From contig CAZWLV010000001.1 in NCBI GenBank assembly GCA_964634715.1, positions 1-63,506 of the forward strand: a stretch of DNA of 63,506 nt, given 5' to 3'. Source of the DNA: an uncultured Lachnoclostridium sp. (GTDB lineage Bacteria; Bacillota; Clostridia; Lachnospirales; Lachnospiraceae). Positions 46,633 to 55,574 of the stretch are shown here, piece by piece; the first letter of the stretch is position 1; each line of letters opens with the position of its first letter. Below the pieces are notes generated by a model that worked only from the letters and a program-made list of their open reading frames with translations, was not told the DNA's origin and searched no databases. The translations under genes and the position numbers were made by a program.

Positions 46633-47466
46633 TTAAATATAGGAGCTTAAATATTCACCTGCATCACAGGCAATGATCTCTCCTGATATACATTTTGAGG
46701 CATCACTTAACAGGAAACAGGCAACTTCTGCTACCTCTTCCGGCAAAAAGACTCTGCCCGGTGCAACTCTGTCCAGATAAAGATTATCCTCCGGCGAGAT
46801 CTTGGTCATGCCTGATACGGTGATCCCCGGTGCGATTCCATTGACACGGACTCCATCCCGGTAAAATCTTCTGGATAAGCCCCGTACTAAGGAATTGATC
46901 CCTGCTTTTGTCAGCCCGTAAGGGACATCGTCACACTGGAACCCTCTCTCGGATGACATAAACAGCAGCACAGCTTCTTTTTTCGGTGTTTTTTTCTTTA
47001 AAAATGCCTGTGCCATAAAGTAAGAACTTTCCAGATTGGTGCGAAACTGCCGTTCATAATCTTCTCTATTTACCTGAAGGATATTTTCTTCATGAAGGGA
47101 AATGCCGGCATTAAAGACCAGTGCATCAAATTCTGCACCCATCATCTCTTCCGCATTCTGTAAAAATTCTTCGTTTTTTTCTATCTGACTTACATCAAAT
47201 TGGATAGAATGACAGTTGCTTCCAAGCTCTTTTTCCGTCTGTTCCAGACGTTCTTTATCTCTTCCGACGATCAGTACTTCTGCTCCCTCCAAAATGCATT
47301 TCTTTGCGATCGCAAGTCCGATACCGCTGTTTCCTCCTGTAACGAGAATCTTCTTTCCCGACAGGATCCCACCGTAATTGATCTGCGAAACATTCACCTG
47401 CACCTGCATTTGGGGGATTCCTTTAAAAATATAATATAATACTCTTTTCAGATATTCTTTCATCAT
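46633..47466 (-). CDS. classical short-chain dehydrogenase/reductase
   Basis: KILVTGGNSGIGLAIAKK (TGxxxGxG), NAGI, and the S...YGLTK catalytic pattern. Confidence 0.8.
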   Translation of the reverse strand: MMKEYLKRVLYYIFKGIPQMQVQVNVSQINYGGILSGKKILVTGGNSGIGLAIAKKCILEGAEVLIVGRDKERLEQTEKELGSNCHSIQFDVSQIEKNEEFLQNAEEMMGAEFDALVFNAGISLHEENILQVNREDYERQFRTNLESSYFMAQAFLKKKTPKKEAVLLFMSSERGFQCDDVPYGLTKAGINSLVRGLSRRFYRDGVRVNGIAPGITVSGMTKISPEDNLYLDRVAPGRVFLPEEVAEVACFLLSDASKCISGEIIACDAGEYLSSYI

Positions 47467-47467
47467 A

Positions 47468-49204
47468 CTATCCTTTTTTCAGCTTTGATTTGATCAGCTC
47501 GATGTTCTGTGTTCCGATCTTCTGTTTCAGATACTGTTTGATCGATGAGTTTTTTTCGATATTACGCATCAAAGACAGTGCTTCGCTTTCCAACGCAGAA
47601 TCCGTAAATACTTCAAATAAGATCGGTTTTTCTGTCTGTTCTTTTGTTACGAAACGCTCCATTGCTGATGCAAATTCTTCTTTATCCGATGCACTCAGAT
47701 ATTCAAATCCAAGATCTTCCGCATAATGCTTTACCAGCTCCGGTGACTGCTTTCCGTAGTGTCCTGCTGCTGCTACATAAAGATCTGCCTCTTCTTTCAG
47801 GATCGATGCCGGATGAGAATAATGCCTAAATTCCGTTCCTCTTCCGTTATTCACTAACAGGATGCGGAGATTTTTGCCCACATGGCGGTTTCCAAGGGCA
47901 TTCATGTCATAGAAAAAGGCAAGATCACCTACGACTGCAAAATAGCAGTCTGCCTCTTCTGCCAATGATGCTCCCAAAAGAGTGGAAAGACATCCGTCAA
48001 TCCCAAAACCTCCCACATTCGATGCCGAACGGATCGTGTCTGAAAATTCAAAGAAATTCCATGATCTTAAGCTGTTTAAGATTCCAAAATGGATCACAGA
48101 ATTTTCCGGCAGTTTCGGTGCAAGCTGTTTTGCCGCCCAGATATTTGAAAACGGAAGTTCCGGTATTTCTTTTCGAAGTTCTTTTAATTTTGCTGAAAAT
48201 CTTTCATAAGACTCATTTTTCACCGGTTCCGGCTGATAGTTTGCATATTCCCTGAAAAACTGTTTTTCCTGCATTTCAAATACATGGGTAAGCTTTCGGA
48301 AACGGTCTCTGATCTCCCCGTCAGGCGAAACCCTCCATACTTCCTTTGCCGGAAGCATATAATAATCTCCGGACACTTCTCCGATATCGATCAGAAGATC
48401 GATCGTATATTCTTCCGTCTTTAACTGCTCCTGCGAACCTAACAACGCTCCCAAAATGCCGTATTTTCCATGATATCCGCTGGTATGGTCACACCATACA
48501 AATGCACCGTAACGTTCACAGAACTCTTCCACTGCTTTCGTCTCATCTTCTGTCCATTTTTTATGGGAACCTGCAAACACTGCAATGGTCTTTTCCTTTG
48601 AAATCTTTGGAAATTCATCTCCCAAAACGATCCTTTGGATCACTCTCGTCTTTGGAAGCTCCTCTACCGTAAAATCATAGCTAAACGATGCGATCAGGTT
48701 GATATGTACCGGACCGCCTCCATCTTTACGCAGTGCAAGGATCGCTTGGTTCGCCAGAAGATTACATTTCCATTCATCATCTTCTCCGGCGATCTCTGAA
48801 AGTGTTACGGATAATTTTACTGCATCATTCGGGACATTCGTTCGATCCAGTATCTGTGGAAGATGCTGCCCCGGAAGGTCGGATCCTAACATAGAAGTCA
48901 CTGCCAGTACCGGCAGTTTCCGGTAATAAGCTTCCGTCAGTCCCGGAAAATAGTTTCTTGATGCAGTCGCACCGGTACAGGAAAGTACCACAGCTTCTCC
49001 TGATTCCTGTGCAAGCCCGCAGGCAATATAAGCTGCAGAACGTTCGTCTGCCGCCGAATAAATTTCAAACCACGGATCATGCTGCACACTGGCAGCAAAC
49101 ATCATATTGGTCGTTCCCGGAGAAATAACGATTTTTTTGATCCCATGCCCTTTTAAAAGTGAAATGAGGATCAATACATTTTTTCTGACTGTATATTTAT
49201 TCAT
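47468..49204 (-). CDS. thiamine-diphosphate-dependent enzyme (MenD / acetolactate-synthase-like fold)
   Basis: The N-terminal PYR domain is ISPGTTNMMFA...ADERSAAYIACGLAQESGEAVVLSCTGATASRNYFPGLTEAYY. The C-terminal ThDP motif is VVGDLAFFYDMNALG...LLVNNGRG. Start at ATG 49204 with a GGAGGG RBS. Confidence 0.75.
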   Translation of the reverse strand: MNKYTVRKNVLILISLLKGHGIKKIVISPGTTNMMFAASVQHDPWFEIYSAADERSAAYIACGLAQESGEAVVLSCTGATASRNYFPGLTEAYYRKLPVLAVTSMLGSDLPGQHLPQILDRTNVPNDAVKLSVTLSEIAGEDDEWKCNLLANQAILALRKDGGGPVHINLIASFSYDFTVEELPKTRVIQRIVLGDEFPKISKEKTIAVFAGSHKKWTEDETKAVEEFCERYGAFVWCDHTSGYHGKYGILGALLGSQEQLKTEEYTIDLLIDIGEVSGDYYMLPAKEVWRVSPDGEIRDRFRKLTHVFEMQEKQFFREYANYQPEPVKNESYERFSAKLKELRKEIPELPFSNIWAAKQLAPKLPENSVIHFGILNSLRSWNFFEFSDTIRSASNVGGFGIDGCLSTLLGASLAEEADCYFAVVGDLAFFYDMNALGNRHVGKNLRILLVNNGRGTEFRHYSHPASILKEEADLYVAAAGHYGKQSPELVKHYAEDLGFEYLSASDKEEFASAMERFVTKEQTEKPILFEVFTDSALESEALSLMRNIEKNSSIKQYLKQKIGTQNIELIKSKLKKG

Positions 49205-49264
49205 AGTTCCCTCCGTTCTTTTTTCATAAATTTTCTGATTACTGTACAAACAGTACTTATGGAC

Positions 49265-50299
49265 TTAGTGTATCGATCCTTCAGAACCGTTTTCAGCTGT
49301 AAGCATCTTTTTCAATAATTTTTGAGAGTTTTCCACATAGTCCTCTAATTTCTGGCTGCTCTGTCCACAATCCACATGATAAACTTTTTCCGAAACCCTG
49401 TCTGCCTGAAAACCGCTTGCCTCGATCAGTTCTGCCTGTCTGGAACTTAACATGGAATGATGGACACAATCTACTTTTTTTCTGAAAATATACGAAAATG
49501 CCAGCCCGTGAAACGAATTGGTTACGATACAGGAGGCATTCCTGATCAATGCCAGAAAATCTTCCACACCCGCATCTGACATAAATTCATCACAGTTCTG
49601 AATCCGGTCGTTCATCGGGTGAAGTGATATGATCTTTTTTCCGGTCTCTTTTTGTAATTTTTCTGTTAATCGGTCAATTTCTTCTGAATATTCCAGAGAA
49701 TATACAAGAATATGTCCTTTTCGATTGCTGTATTCTGAAGTTTCTGCCAGTTTTTCGTAAATTTCCGGTTTTTTGTAAAAAAGAAAGGTCGGATCACAAA
49801 CAGTTTCGGCCGATATTCCCATCTTTTCTAAAATTTGTCGGGCAGAATCTTCCCTGACCGTTAAAAAACGATAATTTTCAAGCACCTTTTTATGAGAACG
49901 AAAATACGCTTCTTCTTTTTGTGAAAGTTTTCCCGTACCAAAACTTGCCGCATACGAACACAATGCTCCATAGTTTCCCTTTGGTTCGATCCAGAAATCA
50001 TCTTCTCCGGTAATCCCTAAATTCCATACCTGATCGGAACCGATGAGCACCCGGTCATAGGTTTCTTTTACAGAACTTCTCTTAAAATATTGTTTTCGAA
50101 ACTGCTCTATTTTTTTCTCAAATCCCCTTGGCAGAAATTTTTTCCGAATCTTTGTTTTTTTACTGATCATCTGCTCCGGAACATAATCGATCACGCTGAC
50201 CTGTGCCCCATAAGCCTTACAGGCTTCCTGCAGTGCATAGCACTGAAGCACTGCTCCGTAATTATCTGCAAATTGAAATGTCAGAATCCCTGTTTTCAA
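49265..50299 (-). CDS. polysaccharide pyruvyl transferase family protein
   Basis: The N-terminus KTGILTFQFADNYGAVLQCYALQ is typical of the CsaB/WcaK-like pyruvyl transferase family. Assignment is by eye. Confidence 0.65.
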   Translation of the reverse strand: MKTGILTFQFADNYGAVLQCYALQEACKAYGAQVSVIDYVPEQMISKKTKIRKKFLPRGFEKKIEQFRKQYFKRSSVKETYDRVLIGSDQVWNLGITGEDDFWIEPKGNYGALCSYAASFGTGKLSQKEEAYFRSHKKVLENYRFLTVREDSARQILEKMGISAETVCDPTFLFYKKPEIYEKLAETSEYSNRKGHILVYSLEYSEEIDRLTEKLQKETGKKIISLHPMNDRIQNCDEFMSDAGVEDFLALIRNASCIVTNSFHGLAFSYIFRKKVDCVHHSMLSSRQAELIEASGFQADRVSEKVYHVDCGQSSQKLEDYVENSQKLLKKMLTAENGSEGSIH

Positions 50300-51507
50300 A
50301 TCTGTTCTCCTTTTACCATGCTCAATATCTGATCATTCTCTTCTAAGATCACCGGATACGTTTCTTTTTCTTCATACATTTCCACAAGAGCTTCTCTGAC
50401 GTTGTCCTGATTTTGTAAGAATATCCACAACTCTTCTTTATTTTGGAAGACTTTTCCACATTTTAACTCGTTTGTCATTGTATAAATGTTCCCACTTTGT
50501 GGATTTGTGAATATATAACAGCCGCTGACATAGGCTTCAAAAAATGTATAGGCATAAGTTTCCGGCCGCAAAGACCATAAAAATGCAATGTCGATCTTTT
50601 CCCTGCGAATGGCATCGATCATCGCATTTGGACCGTCTTTCGCTACCGAAACCGGAATCCTTTTCACTTTCTCACTGCATTCGCCGTCTCCAAGCACATA
50701 GAGATCATACTGATCTTCATAGCGTTCACACAGACGTTTCCAGATTTCCCAGCCTTTTTCTACTCTTCCATATCCAATAAAAGCAATCTTTAGCTTTTCT
50801 GCCGGATCTTTTTTCTGATATTCTTTCCTAAGAGTGCCAAATTTCGTATTCGGCACAACCAAAAGCTGATTTTTTGCCTGAAAATGTTTCTGCCAGATTT
50901 CCCTGACAACCTCTGACGGAAATACATAAATGATCTTTGGGTAGCGTTCTACGAATTTTCTCTGCCAGATCTCATTAACCTTTCCTTCCAGATAAAACCG
51001 GCAGGTTTTACATTTTTGAAAGGATAACGGCTCCGTACCGCAAAATTCTTTGTTATTGCGCATAAGAACGTGATTATAACACACCATGGCATAATCATGC
51101 ACGAAATAGTAAATCGGACACCGGATCTTGTCCAAAACAGCAAATAACTGTTCATTTTTCTTAAAAGTTACTAATTCGTGTATGATCACACTGCAAAGAT
51201 TTTCCAGTGAGACCAGTTTCATCAGATCTTCCTGCGTGATCGTTCCTTTTTCTTCTCCGTTCACGATCAGACCATAGCCGGATAACGTCCTGCTGTGAAG
51301 AAGTCCAAAAATCTGCAGATCCTGTCTCAGCGGATAGACTGCTATGAAATTATATCCATTTTCTAAAAAAAGCTTTTGCTGTCCCTGAATGACTTTTTCC
51401 ACGCCTGCATCGGTATGGACATAATCAGAATGTGTCAGTACCAGAATACTTTTATCAAATTTCACGCTCTTTGATCCTCCGCCGTAATACAATATAAGAT
51501 TTTGCAA
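50296..51507 (-). CDS. putative GT-B fold glycosyltransferase
   Basis: 403 aa. The C-terminal half is GT1/GT4-like (LKIAFIGYGRVEKGW...EAYVSGCYIFTNPQSGN). A Cys-rich insert is present (MVCYNH...EFCG...CKTC). An alternative GTG start at 51465 has a GGAGG RBS. Confidence 0.5.
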   Translation of the reverse strand: MQNLILYYGGGSKSVKFDKSILVLTHSDYVHTDAGVEKVIQGQQKLFLENGYNFIAVYPLRQDLQIFGLLHSRTLSGYGLIVNGEEKGTITQEDLMKLVSLENLCSVIIHELVTFKKNEQLFAVLDKIRCPIYYFVHDYAMVCYNHVLMRNNKEFCGTEPLSFQKCKTCRFYLEGKVNEIWQRKFVERYPKIIYVFPSEVVREIWQKHFQAKNQLLVVPNTKFGTLRKEYQKKDPAEKLKIAFIGYGRVEKGWEIWKRLCERYEDQYDLYVLGDGECSEKVKRIPVSVAKDGPNAMIDAIRREKIDIAFLWSLRPETYAYTFFEAYVSGCYIFTNPQSGNIYTMTNELKCGKVFQNKEELWIFLQNQDNVREALVEMYEEKETYPVILEENDQILSMVKGEQI

Positions 51508-52195
51508 AGATCCATCGGGAATACAGTTTTTCTTTCAGGCTTCTCTGCACGACACTGGCATTCTTTCCATGGATCCTTCTCTTTAACACGATCTTTTCAA
51601 GATGAGCATTGCTTTTCATCATATTTGCCGCCATAGCGATCCAAAGATCATGGGATTCGATCTCTTCCGGAAACGGCAGGATCACCGGTTTCAGCGTTTT
51701 CTGAAATGCCATGGCACAGCCATAATAGTAAGCTTTTCCCGTAAAGATGTTTAAAATATTTTTTTTATATTCTTCAGACTCTTTTTCATACAAAACTCCC
51801 AGATCATATCCGCAGGGATCTCCCTGTTTGTCTATCGCTTCTGAATTTCCGGAAACGAGCATTGCACCGCTTTTCATTTTTTCTAACATCTGCCCTGCTC
51901 TTCCTTCCGTCCAAAGATCGTCCTGATCTGCCATGAAAATATAATCATTTTTTGCAAGTTTGATGGCTTTTTCAAACGAACGGTTAACACCCATATTTTC
52001 CTTATTTTTTACATAAAGAATCCTTGGATCAGAAAAACTGCGGATGATCAGCTCTGTCTGATCCTTCGAACCGTCATCTACGATGATCAGCTCATCTTCT
52101 GCTTCCAGCTGCGGCAGGATCGTGCCGATCTGCTCTTTAATATAATCTTCTCCGTTATAGCATGCCATACAGACACTGATCTTTTCCTTACGCAT
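51455..52195 (-). CDS. family 2 glycosyltransferase
   Basis: ISVCMACYNGEDYI, VDDGSKDQT, ADQDDLW. Start at ATG 52195 (track ORF to 52240). Confidence 0.8.
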   Translation of the reverse strand: MRKEKISVCMACYNGEDYIKEQIGTILPQLEAEDELIIVDDGSKDQTELIIRSFSDPRILYVKNKENMGVNRSFEKAIKLAKNDYIFMADQDDLWTEGRAGQMLEKMKSGAMLVSGNSEAIDKQGDPCGYDLGVLYEKESEEYKKNILNIFTGKAYYYGCAMAFQKTLKPVILPFPEEIESHDLWIAMAANMMKSNAHLEKIVLKRRIHGKNASVVQRSLKEKLYSRWIFAKSYIVLRRRIKEREI

Positions 52196-53075
52196 TTTTC
52201 CTATCCTCCGGATAACGTCCTCTGACACCTGTAATGCCATGTACGATTCCCATGATATAATATTTCAAATAACTGCCTTTTTCTTTTACATGAAACAAAA
52301 GCAAAAAGTTATGCAGCAGTGCCGGTAACATCTGTCTGACCGTAAATACCAGTCCTGCTTTTTTCCGAAACAGCAAAAAACTGTTCCTTACTTTATAATA
52401 CGTCCGCACCGGACTGTGAACCGTAATGGTCATGCCCTCTGTGTGGATCTCTTCGCTGCCGATCTTATGCTGCAGCACTGCCTCCGGAATCACATAGATC
52501 GGAATCCCTGCTCTCCTGCACCGAAGACACCACTCGATATCTACAAAATCAATAAAAAAATCTTCATCAAATGTGCCTGCTTTTCGAAATACGTCTGCTG
52601 TCGTCATCGTTCCGGAAGAAATGACCAGATCTGCCGCTGCTGCCTGTTTGGCATCTTTTACATAAAGATCCTTCGGATATCCCAGCTTTCCAAGCCGCTG
52701 TACCGGATATTCTTCTCCCGTATCCAGATCCACTGCCACCGGAACCACCACACACTCTCCAAGCAGTTTTAAATTTTTTTCTAATATCTTTAAAAGACTA
52801 CCATCGATCCGGCTGTCCTGATCAAAAAATGCAATGATCTCTGCTCCCTGTTCACACGCATACCTGATACCGGCATTTTGTGCAGCAGCGATTCCTGCAT
52901 TTCCATGAAGGCTTAAGATCTTTGTATGTTCTGACACCTGATCTGCAGTGACCGCAGATTTTTCTGAATTATCGGCAATAACAGGCGTAAATCCTGCTTC
53001 TTCGATACATTCCGTCAGTTTTTTTAATGCTTCTTTTTCCGGTTCATACGTCACGATAACGACACATTTTGTCAT
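52188..53075 (-). CDS. family 2 glycosyltransferase (rhamnosyltransferase-like)
   Basis: VVIVTYEPE, ADNSEKS, GNAGIAAAQNAGI, FDQDSRI. Confidence 0.7.
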   Translation of the reverse strand: MTKCVVIVTYEPEKEALKKLTECIEEAGFTPVIADNSEKSAVTADQVSEHTKILSLHGNAGIAAAQNAGIRYACEQGAEIIAFFDQDSRIDGSLLKILEKNLKLLGECVVVPVAVDLDTGEEYPVQRLGKLGYPKDLYVKDAKQAAAADLVISSGTMTTADVFRKAGTFDEDFFIDFVDIEWCLRCRRAGIPIYVIPEAVLQHKIGSEEIHTEGMTITVHSPVRTYYKVRNSFLLFRKKAGLVFTVRQMLPALLHNFLLLFHVKEKGSYLKYYIMGIVHGITGVRGRYPEDRKNA

Positions 53076-53090
53076 ACTTCTTTTCCTTTT

Positions 53091-54323
53091 TTACTGCTGA
53101 TGCAATTCTCTGTTTTTAAAAAAGCAATTCCAATACCAAAGCACTGCTGTTAATCCAAAAGAGTTAAACAGCACCGGATTGGTCTGGGCAAAAAACAGAT
53201 ACATTAAAAAGATCACGAACTCTTCTTTGATCTTCCAGATGTTCCATTCCTTGATCTTTTTCCGGCTTTTTTGTAATCTCGGACAAAGTAACGCACTCCA
53301 GATCAGAATGCTGAATGGAATCCCAAAATAACGGCAGTGATCCATAAATGTGATCTCTGTATGTGCGATCATCCGTTCTTTTCCCGTTGTATAATAAAAA
53401 CTTGCCAAACCATTGCCAAACCATACATTTTCCATGTTCAGCTGGTTAAAATACGAGGTAATATGTCCGGCTTTGATGCTGTTTGATTTTTCCGATAACG
53501 AAAAAAAGGTGGAAAAATTCCATAAATACAAAAATACAAGCATCCCTGCTGCACCAAGAAAGATGGCTGTCAGCAGCCGTGTTTTTTTATCAAGCCTGAT
53601 CCAGATCAGAATACATAAGGACAATGGGATCAGAAGGATCAGTGTCCTTGATCCTGTCGTCACCGTCATCAGTACCGACAGTCCGACAAAAAACAGGTTG
53701 GAAAAATTCCTGTTTCTTAAAAAATCCAGAAACAAAATATCTGTCAGGATCAGAAGAAACGGCGTTGTACCAAGATAGATCTGCATTCCGCTTCCGCCGA
53801 AAAATGCACGTTTTGTTAAGATTCCGGAACAAAACTCATACAACGTCTCTCCTATGAAACCGGTCACTCTGTTATCCAGAAGATGTGCTGCACTGCTGAT
53901 CCATGCCGGAATGGAAAACTCCATGATATTGATGGCATAAATGACAAACACGGCAAAAAACAGGATATAGACCTTTGCTGCAAATTTTAAGATCCTGTTC
54001 ATATCGATATCAAATTCCTGAATCGGATAGATCAGCAAAAGAATCCCCGTTGCAAGCAAAAACTGCTCCGCAAGTTTCATATCCGCTCCGTTAAGGCTGC
54101 CTCTGATATACCCAATCCCAAAGATCAAAACGATCAGTACCGGTGCTTTGGTCTTTTTTAGTACTTCCCATTTGTTTTCTTCTTTAAAGATCAGAAGATA
54201 TCCTCCGTAGATCAGAAACAGTACGATAAAGATCATTTTATTTACAACAGTCAGCGGGATCAGCAAAGAAGTCAGCATATAGATTGTCAATAAAATGGTA
54301 TAAATAGTACCTATCTGCATCAT
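53091..54323 (-). CDS. wzy: O-antigen polymerase/ligase-like membrane protein (Wzy candidate)
   Basis: 410 aa with about 10-11 TM helices. A TTGSRTLILLIP segment and a large loop with FGNGLASFYY...HTEITFMDH. Confidence 0.6.
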   Translation of the reverse strand: MMQIGTIYTILLTIYMLTSLLIPLTVVNKMIFIVLFLIYGGYLLIFKEENKWEVLKKTKAPVLIVLIFGIGYIRGSLNGADMKLAEQFLLATGILLLIYPIQEFDIDMNRILKFAAKVYILFFAVFVIYAINIMEFSIPAWISSAAHLLDNRVTGFIGETLYEFCSGILTKRAFFGGSGMQIYLGTTPFLLILTDILFLDFLRNRNFSNLFFVGLSVLMTVTTGSRTLILLIPLSLCILIWIRLDKKTRLLTAIFLGAAGMLVFLYLWNFSTFFSLSEKSNSIKAGHITSYFNQLNMENVWFGNGLASFYYTTGKERMIAHTEITFMDHCRYFGIPFSILIWSALLCPRLQKSRKKIKEWNIWKIKEEFVIFLMYLFFAQTNPVLFNSFGLTAVLWYWNCFFKNRELHQQ

Positions 54324-55477
54324 CTGAATTTCTTTTTCTCCACTCCAAGTTTCCTAAGAACCACTGTTCCAAGACTGATCAGACCAAAGGAATTTTTATA
54401 ATCTTCATACGTTTTGTTTTCTCCTTCGATCATTGCATCAAATTCTTCCACACTGATCTCCAGTTTTTCCGCAATGTAGGCTTTATCTTCCATCATCTGT
54501 TCCACAGGATAAGGATCTTTCGCAAGCTCTTCCAGTGCTTTTTCTCTTGTCAGCGTTCCTGCAAGCACTTCATTGGAAAAATAAACACGACGTTTATCAT
54601 AGCCAAATTTATGCGGCAGATAATAGCCTTCATAAAACCTTGTAAATACATTCTCATAATGCTTCTGGTCATATGGAATCCAGCCAAAACGTTCCTGTAA
54701 GAACTTTTTGACTTTTTCTTTGTCATATTCAATATAATTTAACGGTGCAACTCTCTTCATGCCTTTAAAATATGCATAATAAAGTCTGCTCTTTAACAAT
54801 CCGCATTTCGGAAATGTCTTCAACGGCACCTGACCGAATTTTTTATGAATGTCCTTGATCAGCACGATATCGTTCTGATAAACCCATTCTACCGGCGGAC
54901 GGATGCATTCTGTCGCATTATTGGCTCCGGTAAGCACATATTTGATCTTATTTTTTACAGCATAGTTATAAAGACCGGCAAAGATCGCATGATCCTGCGG
55001 AAGATCCTGATACGGAACCTGTGATTTAAAAAACGCAAGCTGCAGATCTTTCATTTCTTCCCAGTCGATGACTTCCGTATACAGATCAAGCCCTAACGCA
55101 TCTACCACTCTTTTGGTATTTTCATCTGCGAGCTTTAAATTCCATCCTGTATCTACACAATAGATCAGCGGACGTAAGTGCATCACCTCTTTGGCAATAT
55201 AGCAAAGATAAGAACTGTCCACACCACCGCTCATCCCGATGATACAGTCATATTTTTTCCCTTTGCCTTCTTTTCTGATCTTCTTTGCAATTTCCTGCAA
55301 TTCACGTTCGCCTTCTTCTCCCTGTTTCCAGCTCGGAAGGATATTTTCGTAATAGTCATTACAAAAATCACAGACACCTTTTTCGTCAAAAACGATCTTG
55401 GAATCCGTGGTATCCATCACACAGCAGGTACAGATCTGGTACGGTCGTTTTTCTTTCTTTTTTTTCATAATCTTCAC
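54320..55477 (-). CDS. N-acetyl sugar amidotransferase (WbuX/WbpG/LfnA-type PP-loop enzyme)
   Basis: N-terminal zinc-ribbon-like CTCCVMDTTDSKIVFDEKGVCDFCNDY and the PP-loop GMSGGVDSSY. Confidence 0.8.
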   Translation of the reverse strand: MKIMKKKKEKRPYQICTCCVMDTTDSKIVFDEKGVCDFCNDYYENILPSWKQGEEGERELQEIAKKIRKEGKGKKYDCIIGMSGGVDSSYLCYIAKEVMHLRPLIYCVDTGWNLKLADENTKRVVDALGLDLYTEVIDWEEMKDLQLAFFKSQVPYQDLPQDHAIFAGLYNYAVKNKIKYVLTGANNATECIRPPVEWVYQNDIVLIKDIHKKFGQVPLKTFPKCGLLKSRLYYAYFKGMKRVAPLNYIEYDKEKVKKFLQERFGWIPYDQKHYENVFTRFYEGYYLPHKFGYDKRRVYFSNEVLAGTLTREKALEELAKDPYPVEQMMEDKAYIAEKLEISVEEFDAMIEGENKTYEDYKNSFGLISLGTVVLRKLGVEKKKFR

Positions 55478-55574
55478 TCCTGATCACATTTGAAACATAA
55501 ACTTGATTTCATGATCTAAAAAACTTTACAGATTTTCATCATAAAATCGGTATTCAAAACAGATTTTTCATATT

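Noticed and set aside
47468-49204. Annotating the ThDP enzyme as MenD of menaquinone biosynthesis
   Set aside because: The similarity to MenD is at motif level only. The gene is translationally packed into a polysaccharide operon and no other men genes are in the window. It is kept as a generic ThDP enzyme pending phylogeny.
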